Shown here piece by piece: positions 58,086 to 64,000 of a stretch of DNA of 64,000 nt. The notes under the pieces were generated by a model that did not search any database, was not told the origin of the DNA, and saw only the letters and a program-made list of their open reading frames with translations. Numbering within the stretch: position 1 is the stretch's first letter; every line of letters begins with the position of its first letter. The stretch spans positions 28,156 to 92,155 of the forward strand of contig CAZLEQ010000004.1 in the NCBI GenBank assembly GCA_964558575.1. The letters are read 5' to 3'. The position numbers and the translations under genes were made by a program. This DNA comes from an uncultured Acidimicrobiaceae bacterium. GTDB taxonomy: Bacteria; Actinomycetota; Acidimicrobiia; Spongiisociales; ZC4RG35.

Positions 58086-59147
58086 ATGGTGGAGATCCCA
58101 GAGAGCCTGCTGAGACGATCGGCCGAAGCCAAGGCCAAGGCCTTGGGCGTGCCGGTCGAACAGGTCCTCGCCGAGATGAAGGGTGAGGGCCCGCCGGTCG
58201 AGCCGCCCCAATTCGAACCCGAGGGCCCGGACACCGAGGACGTGGCCCTCGAGGACGATGCCGCCGAGCCCGTGGAAGAGGTGCCCGCCGACGACGAGGC
58301 AGAAGCCCAGTCGCCCGAGGTCTCCTCGGACATCGAACAGGACGTCTTGCCCACCGAACCCAAGGAAGCCACCGCCCCGCCGGAGGAGACGCCGCGGGCG
58401 ATGGTCGCCGAGGCGGGAGCGGTCGCAGTCGCCGAAGCCGATGAGACCGAGGAAGCCGAGCAGGACGATGACGGTGACGACGGCGAGGAGTCCCCGGAAG
58501 TGGACGTCGAGGACCTGGAGGAAGGCTCCCCGGGGAACGGCTCAGGAAACGGCGCCGGCGACGGCAAGGTGGCCGCGATGGTCAGCCCCCGGCCCTCGGT
58601 ACCTCCGACCGGGCTTCCCGAGGGAGTCCGCACCCAGCGTCTCCTCACGGTGGTCAAGGCCAGGGCGATCCAGAATGTCAAGGCGGAGCCGACCGACAAG
58701 GTGAACACCTGGCCCCATCTCATGCTCATGGAGTTCGGTGCCCTGCTCGCCATCACCGGCCTGCTGGTGATCATGTCGGTGGTGATCCACTCGCCGTTGC
58801 TGGAGCCGGCCAACTTCAACGCCACTCCCAACCCCTCCAAGGCGCCGTGGTACTTCCTCGGGCTCCAGGAACTGCTCAGCTACTTCGATCCGCAGATCGC
58901 CGGGGTCATGGTCCCGCTGTTCATCGGGATGATCGGGTTCATGCTGATTCCCTACGTCGACAAGAATCCCTCCACCCGGCCCACCGACCGCAAGTTCGCC
59001 ATCATGCTCTACTCGTTCTTCCTGGCGGGATCGGCGACCCTGACCATCATCGGCGTTCTGTTCCGGGGTCAAGGGTTCAATTTCACCTTTCCGTGGCGGG
59101 ACGGAGTGTTCTTCGACGACCTGAAAGACTGGGTGCACTTCGAATGA
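58086..59147 (+). CDS. cytochrome bc complex subunit IV (PetD-like) with long acidic N-terminal extension
   Basis: AAGGAG SD. C-terminal 3-TM PetD-like domain (NTWPHLMLMEFG...KAPWYFLGLQELL). N-terminus MVEIPESLLRRSAEAKAKALGVPVEQVLAEMKG followed by an E/D/P-rich region. Confidence 0.8.
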   Translation: MVEIPESLLRRSAEAKAKALGVPVEQVLAEMKGEGPPVEPPQFEPEGPDTEDVALEDDAAEPVEEVPADDEAEAQSPEVSSDIEQDVLPTEPKEATAPPEETPRAMVAEAGAVAVAEADETEEAEQDDDGDDGEESPEVDVEDLEEGSPGNGSGNGAGDGKVAAMVSPRPSVPPTGLPEGVRTQRLLTVVKARAIQNVKAEPTDKVNTWPHLMLMEFGALLAITGLLVIMSVVIHSPLLEPANFNATPNPSKAPWYFLGLQELLSYFDPQIAGVMVPLFIGMIGFMLIPYVDKNPSTRPTDRKFAIMLYSFFLAGSATLTIIGVLFRGQGFNFTFPWRDGVFFDDLKDWVHFE

Positions 59148-60037
59148 CGTTCGCCAACTGGATTCTCGTCGCCGTCGCGGTATTCGCCATCCTCGGAGCG
59201 GTTGGCGCCTTCACCATCGCCTTTCGTCGCACCAGGGCCGAGCGGCCCGATCCCACGGCGGGGGTCTCCGATGAGACCCGACGGGCCGACCGGTCGATGA
59301 TTGGGGTGCGCGTCGACCCGATCCCCGTGCCCGAGGCGGAACCAGATGAAGTCGACGAGACCCCTGAAGTCGGAGAAGCCGCCGAGGGGGAGCCGTCCGA
59401 GGGCAAGGAGGAGAGGGAACTGGTTGGCGCCGGGGCCGCGGTCGAGGTCGTCGAGGCCCAGCGTGTCGTCGAAGTCAGCCCCGAGGAGTCCGGTGTCAGC
59501 CGGCGTCAGTTCTTCAACCGCGCCATCGGCGCCACCTTCGGGTTGTTTCTCGGTCTGCAAGGTGTCTACTACCTGGCCTTCTTCTGGCCGAAGCTGAGCG
59601 GCGGCTTCGGCACCGACGTCGATGCCGGGTCCCTCGAGGCTCTCTCTGCCCAGACCGTCAATCCCGATGGTTCGGTGGTGCCGGTCTTCGTTCCCGAGGC
59701 GCGGGCCTACATCGTCCCCGCCCCCGACACCCTCTCCAGTCAGTACGAAGGGCGCGACGTCGCCGCCGGCGGTTTCATGGCCCTTTTCCAGCGATGCGTC
59801 CACCTGGGATGCCGGGTGCCGTGGTGCTCCACCTCGATCGGGTTCGAATGCCCCTGCCATGGGTCCCGGTACAACTCCATCGGCGAATACTTCTCGGGCC
59901 CGGCGCCGAGGAACCTCGACCGTTTCGTGGTCGAGGTCAGAGAGGATCGCTTCATAGTCCGCACTGGCACCATCATCGAGACGCCCCGCGCTCCCCGAGC
60001 GAGTGTCTCGTATCCACAGGGCCCGAGTTGCATCTGA
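59144..60037 (+). CDS. Rieske [2Fe-2S] iron-sulfur protein (Tat substrate)
   Basis: ATGA overlap with subunit IV. TM/Tat motif SRRQFFNRAIG. CVHLGC...CPCHGS cluster boxes. Confidence 0.85.
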   Translation: MTFANWILVAVAVFAILGAVGAFTIAFRRTRAERPDPTAGVSDETRRADRSMIGVRVDPIPVPEAEPDEVDETPEVGEAAEGEPSEGKEERELVGAGAAVEVVEAQRVVEVSPEESGVSRRQFFNRAIGATFGLFLGLQGVYYLAFFWPKLSGGFGTDVDAGSLEALSAQTVNPDGSVVPVFVPEARAYIVPAPDTLSSQYEGRDVAAGGFMALFQRCVHLGCRVPWCSTSIGFECPCHGSRYNSIGEYFSGPAPRNLDRFVVEVREDRFIVRTGTIIETPRAPRASVSYPQGPSCI

Positions 60038-60059
60038 TGGTCGAGATGGAGGCCGGGAA

Positions 60060-61766
60060 GTGACCGCCGACGTAGTCATCGTCCTCGCCGTCGTCGCCGG
60101 GATCATCTGGCTCGGTTTGATGCTGGTCTCGGCGCTGAGGAACCGGGGTGGGGTGGAGGAAGTCGCTCCCAACCTCAAGCCCGGCATCGACGACCAACAG
60201 CTCGAGACCAGGCGGCTCGAGGGAGGACAGAAGGCGGCCATCGCCTTCTCCGCCTTCCTCGCCATCTCACTGCCGCTCTACTTCCTCGGCGAGAACAGCC
60301 GCCAAGAGGGGTTCGTGGAGGAGTTCGCAGAGGCCTCCGTCGAGCGGGGTGAGCATCTGGTCGAGGAGTTCGCCTGTTTCGACTGCCACGGCCCGCTCGG
60401 CTCCGGCGGCTCGGCGCCGTTCGTCGAGCAGCGATCGGGCATCAGCGTCTCGTGGGCGGCTCCCCGGCTCGATGACATCCTTTATCGATACGACGAGGAC
60501 GCGGTCAACTTCTGGATCACCTATGGCCGGGGCAATACGCCGATGCCGGCATGGGGTCTCGCCGGGGGTGGCCCGATGAACGAGAATCAGGTCGAAGACG
60601 TGGTCAACTATCTGGCGACCATCCAGATACCCCAGCAGGAGGCGGTCGACCACACCCCGCTCCTGATCGACCAGGAGCTCGGGCGGCTCGCCAATGCTGC
60701 GGGTACCGTCGAGCAGGCGATCATCAACCAGGCTCAGACGCTCGCCGAGATCGACCAGGCGCCCGAGGATCTCGCCGTCATCGGGCCTCTTGCCGACCGG
60801 GCGGTCGAGATCGTCGACAATCCGGACGACGGCATCGACACCGACGGTGACGGGCTCTCCGATGCTGCCGAGGCGGAGTTGTCGGATATCTCGGCACGGG
60901 CCGTGGAGCACTTCCGGGTGATCGAGCCCGTGACCCTCGACCCCGAGACTCCCGATGCCGAGCTGGTCGACGCAGTCCTCGCCGAGATGGAGGCAGCTCT
61001 CGACACCAATCCCGTATTCGAGATCTACATCAACCGGATCGAGGCAGCCCTCGAGGGCGACGAGATCAGTGAGGAGTCCCCAGACACCGATGGCGACGGA
61101 ATCTCGGATGCCGCGGAGGGTGCGATCAGTGGTCTGATCTCGGAGGCGAGCTCGGCCACCGTCCCCTCGGGGGTCACCCAGATCGACCTCGATCCGACCA
61201 ACCCCGAGACCACTGGTGACCCCGACCTCAGAACGGCCAATTCGATGGTCGGAGGGCTCGAGTCGATTGCCATCAACCTCAGGGTCGCCGTCGAGAACGT
61301 CGAGCGAATCCGACCCCAGCAGGAGGCCGGTCTCCAATTTCTGGTCGATTCCGCCGAGAGGGCGGCCTGGGAGGTCGATTTCGCCGGGGTCGCCGCGGCG
61401 ATGGGCGGTTCCGAGGACGACGCCCGGCGGGCGGTTGCGCTATTCAACGCCTACTGCGCCCGGTGCCACACCGCAGGTTTCTCCGCCGGCATGGCCTACA
61501 CCCAGGAGATCGGCTCCGGCGGATTCGGCCCCGCTCTCTGGGACGGGAGACCGGTGGTCCAGTTCGGCGACGAACCGGCAGACCCGGATCAGACCGACCT
61601 GCTCGTCGACTTCATAATCAATGGATCTCAACCCGAGACGCCCTACGGGCTCAACGGGTTCGGGTCGGGTCGGATGCCCGCGTTCGGCGCCGTCCTCGAC
61701 CAGGACGACATCGACCTCCTCGCCCGCTATCTCCGCGCCGGCAATCTGAACGGAATGGAGGACTAG
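60060..61766 (+). CDS. membrane-anchored diheme c-type cytochrome with an inserted domain of about 330 aa carrying thrombospondin-type-3-like Ca-binding repeats
   Basis: GTG start with GGAGG SD. N-terminal TM. Heme motifs CFDCH and CARCH. DTDGDGLSDAAE and DTDGDGISDAAE (DxDxDGxxD) loops between them. Confidence 0.7.
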   Translation: MTADVVIVLAVVAGIIWLGLMLVSALRNRGGVEEVAPNLKPGIDDQQLETRRLEGGQKAAIAFSAFLAISLPLYFLGENSRQEGFVEEFAEASVERGEHLVEEFACFDCHGPLGSGGSAPFVEQRSGISVSWAAPRLDDILYRYDEDAVNFWITYGRGNTPMPAWGLAGGGPMNENQVEDVVNYLATIQIPQQEAVDHTPLLIDQELGRLANAAGTVEQAIINQAQTLAEIDQAPEDLAVIGPLADRAVEIVDNPDDGIDTDGDGLSDAAEAELSDISARAVEHFRVIEPVTLDPETPDAELVDAVLAEMEAALDTNPVFEIYINRIEAALEGDEISEESPDTDGDGISDAAEGAISGLISEASSATVPSGVTQIDLDPTNPETTGDPDLRTANSMVGGLESIAINLRVAVENVERIRPQQEAGLQFLVDSAERAAWEVDFAGVAAAMGGSEDDARRAVALFNAYCARCHTAGFSAGMAYTQEIGSGGFGPALWDGRPVVQFGDEPADPDQTDLLVDFIINGSQPETPYGLNGFGSGRMPAFGAVLDQDDIDLLARYLRAGNLNGMED

Positions 61767-61769
61767 GCG

Positions 61770-62129
61770 ATGTTTCGTGAGCTCTTCAGATCGCTTCTCT
61801 CGGCCAACGTGTTCGTCACCGGCATCATCCTGACCGCGGTCTCGGTGTTGCTCTTCTTCGGCTCCATCTATCTCTTCAACCACACGAACCTGGGCCGACG
61901 TCTCGGATTCCTGGTCACCGGTGCGGCCGTCTTCGGCTGGTTGGCCCTCAACTCGATGCTGTTCGTCGTCTACGCGCCACGCGGCCCGATCCCCGAGAGC
62001 ATCGAAGGTCTCAACGCCTTCGAGATCCGCATCATCCCCATCACCTACCTGATGGTGTCCCTGGTGTTGTTCCTGGTGTTCCTGGTCGCCCTCCACCAAT
62101 ACGAGGAGACCAAGGAAGCCGGGGGGTAG
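61770..62129 (+). CDS. small 3-TM membrane protein, last gene of the Rieske/cytochrome b operon
   Basis: 119 aa. Starts 3 nt after the cytochrome c stop. No family recognised. Confidence 0.4.
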   Translation: MFRELFRSLLSANVFVTGIILTAVSVLLFFGSIYLFNHTNLGRRLGFLVTGAAVFGWLALNSMLFVVYAPRGPIPESIEGLNAFEIRIIPITYLMVSLVLFLVFLVALHQYEETKEAGG

Positions 62130-62219
62130 CCCAGACGCGAACCCTGGGTTCGGGGCCCCGTTCAGCGAAGTCCAGCGCCCTCAGTTCGGGGGCCCATCCC
62201 CGTTGGAGGTAGATGGCCG

Positions 62220-62828
62220 TTACCCGTAGTAGGAGAGGATCTGCAGCTCGGTGCTCAGGTCGACCTGACGGACCGGGACCTCGTCGGGCACGGACACCCG
62301 GACCGGGGCGAAGTTGAGGATCGACGAGATCCCCGCCGCCACCAGCCCATCGGCCACTCTCTGCGCCGCGCTGGCCGGGACCGCCAGTATGGCCATGTCG
62401 AACAGACCTCGGCGGCAGTCGCCGTCGATGCGATTCGAATCTCTCACCTCCAGCTCGCCGACGTGTCGACCGATCCGCTTCGGGTCGACGTCGTACATGG
62501 CCACCACGTCGAAACCCCGCTGACTCAGGCCGTGGTATCGGGCGAGAGCCGTCCCGAGGTTTCCGGCCCCGACGATTGCCACCCGTCGCCTCCCTTCGAT
62601 ACCCAGCTCCTTCTGGATCCGGGAGCGGAGATCGGAGACCGAGTATCCGACACCTCTGGTCCCCTGGAAACCGAGGTCCGAGAGGTCGCGTCGCACGTTT
62701 GCCGGGTTGACACCGGCGGCGTCGGCGAGCTCACCCGAGCTGATGGTTCGCTGCGACTCGCGGATGTCGTCGAGGAGCCGGAGGTATCTCGGCATCCGGG
62801 AGACGGTGGCGCGTGAGAGCCCGCTCAT
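62220..62828 (-). CDS. rex: redox-sensing transcriptional repressor Rex
   Basis: SRATVSRMPRYLRLL winged-helix, SSGELADAAGVNPANVRRDLSDLGFQGTRGVGYSV, NAD(H) Rossmann VAIVGAGNLGTALARY. Alternative start at 62867. Confidence 0.8.
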   Translation of the reverse strand: MSGLSRATVSRMPRYLRLLDDIRESQRTISSGELADAAGVNPANVRRDLSDLGFQGTRGVGYSVSDLRSRIQKELGIEGRRRVAIVGAGNLGTALARYHGLSQRGFDVVAMYDVDPKRIGRHVGELEVRDSNRIDGDCRRGLFDMAILAVPASAAQRVADGLVAAGISSILNFAPVRVSVPDEVPVRQVDLSTELQILSYYG

Positions 62829-62891
62829 CTCGAGGAACGTTACAGCCGCACTTCCTCGTTTCCCCATTCCGCAGATACCATCCGGAGCTCC

Positions 62892-64000
62892 ATGTCCTCT
62901 CCCCGAGTCCTCGTCGTCGGTGGCGGCCCCGCCGGGTCGGCCGCCGCCTACTGGATGGCGCGGGACGGACTCGACGTCACCCTCGTAGAGAAGAAGGAAT
63001 ACCCCAGGGAGAAGACATGCGGCGACGGGCTCACCCCGAGGGCGATCCTGCAGCTCCAGGACATCGGCTTCGACTTCGACGTCCCCGAGTTCCACCGCAT
63101 CACCGGGTTGCGCTCCTACGCCGGCGACGACTTGATGATCGAAATGCCCTGGCCAGACCACAGTCGCTTCCCCAATTGGGGTGGTGTCATCAGGCGGCGG
63201 GACCTCGATCAGCAGGTGGCCCGCTTGGCGGAGAAGGAAGGGGTTCGAATCCGCGAGAAGACCACCGCCACCCCGGTGATCGAAGACGGCCGGCTCGTCT
63301 CGGTGACCCTGACCAACGGCGGTGGTGAGGAGATGGTCACCCCCGACATCACCATCATCGCCGATGGTTCGATGAACCGGTTCGGCCGCGATCTGGGGAC
63401 CAGCAGACGCCGTGACTACCCCATGGGCATGGCGGCACGCGGCTACTTCTCCTCTCCTCGGTCCGACGACCCGTTCCTCGAGAGCCAGCTCGACCTGCGC
63501 GACTCATCCGGGGCGACGATGCCCGGGTACGGCTGGGTCTTCCCCCTCGGTGACGGCACCGTCAACGTCGGAGTGGGACTCCTCTCCACGTTCAAGAGGT
63601 GGAAGGACGTCAACACCACCCACATGATGAACGACTACGTCGCCTCGGCACCCGACTATTGGGGTCTCAGCGAAGAGTCGAAGTTGAGCAAGCCCATGGG
63701 CGGCAAGCTCACCATGTCGTACTCGAAGAGCCCGTTGGTGGGGTCCAACTGGCTGACCATCGGAGACGCCGCCGGGGCGATCAACCCCTGGAACGGGGAA
63801 GGCATCTCGTATGCCTACGAGACCGGTCGCATCGCCGCCGGATACGTGAGCGAGTCGATGGGCAGTGAAGACCTCGGCCTGCTCCGTCGCTATCCCCGGC
63901 GTCTCGAGGACGAGTACGGGCTCTACTACAAGATGGCCCGCATCTTCGTGAAGCTGATCGGAAACCCGTCGGTTATGCGGACCCTCGCTCACACCGGCCT
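62892..64000 (+). CDS. geranylgeranyl reductase family FAD-dependent oxidoreductase (partial, runs off window end)
   Basis: VLVVGGGPAGSAAAYWMARDGLDVTLVEKK FAD-binding GxGxxG. CGDGLTP. No stop before the window end. Confidence 0.7.
   Translation, partial: MSSPRVLVVGGGPAGSAAAYWMARDGLDVTLVEKKEYPREKTCGDGLTPRAILQLQDIGFDFDVPEFHRITGLRSYAGDDLMIEMPWPDHSRFPNWGGVIRRRDLDQQVARLAEKEGVRIREKTTATPVIEDGRLVSVTLTNGGGEEMVTPDITIIADGSMNRFGRDLGTSRRRDYPMGMAARGYFSSPRSDDPFLESQLDLRDSSGATMPGYGWVFPLGDGTVNVGVGLLSTFKRWKDVNTTHMMNDYVASAPDYWGLSEESKLSKPMGGKLTMSYSKSPLVGSNWLTIGDAAGAINPWNGEGISYAYETGRIAAGYVSESMGSEDLGLLRRYPRRLEDEYGLYYKMARIFVKLIGNPSVMRTLAHTG

Noticed and set aside
63504-63992. 162-aa minus-strand ORF at the window end
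   Set aside because: It is antisense to the well-supported geranylgeranyl reductase gene, with no motifs.

Overview
High-GC (about 68-70%) chromosomal window, most likely from an actinobacterium (Actinomycetota; Ser/Thr/Pro-rich linkers, lipoboxes, ECF sigma/anti-sigma, class II RNR preceded by NrdR boxes). Gene density is about 1 gene per kb on both strands, and ATGA/GTGA start-stop overlaps are frequent. No rRNA, tRNA or CRISPR was seen. The first half is mostly housekeeping and accessory metabolism: DUF2461, TerC, tandem UspA, a secreted coiled-coil transglycosylase, RidA, MsrA, DoxX, two tandem S41 C-terminal processing peptidase lipoproteins, an amidohydrolase, Maf, a Nei-family glycosylase, hutU-hutG, Dus, a NodIJ/DrrAB-like ABC exporter (ATPase plus two ABC-2 permeases), nitroreductase, hotdog thioesterases, DeoD-type PNP, AzlCD, an AzgA-like NCS2 permease, a VOC protein, DUF1330, a SAM methyltransferase, ECF sigma plus anti-sigma, B12-dependent class II ribonucleotide reductase NrdJ with tandem NrdR boxes, an OmpR-type two-component system flanked by two paralogous Ser/Thr-rich secreted proteins, lutABC, a quinone oxidoreductase, an M23 peptidase, asparaginase, YbjN, a CAP-domain protein, a Clp1-like P-loop kinase, a DUF62 SAM hydroxide adenosyltransferase, and Rex. 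Several genes look damaged: a DDAH-family gene with a +1 frameshift in a G-run plus an in-frame TGA, a TSUP permease and a SAM methyltransferase with apparent frameshifts, and a multi-frameshifted HNH endonuclease remnant. These are either real pseudogenes or homopolymer/indel sequencing errors. Two things stand out. (1) A redoxin/Prx-like gene (38226..38900) has an in-frame TGA exactly at the T/CxxC active-site position (FxSYC) with a hairpin 11 nt downstream, so it is a candidate selenoprotein. (2) A roughly 9.5 kb respiratory super-cluster (52691..62129) pairs, divergently, an operon for a cbb3-type CcoN homologue that has lost essentially all heme/CuB histidine ligands plus two paralogous membrane-anchored CcoO-like monoheme cytochromes c, with an operon for a b6f-style split cytochrome b (b6 + subunit IV), a Tat-Rieske protein, a 2x[4Fe-4S] ferredoxin, a diheme cytochrome c interrupted by thrombospondin-type-3-like Ca-binding repeats, and extra small membrane subunits. 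Subunit IV and both cytochromes c share a conserved N-terminal cytoplasmic motif. Rex is encoded immediately downstream. I could not fold RNAs or run searches, so all calls rest on reading the ORF translations for family signatures.
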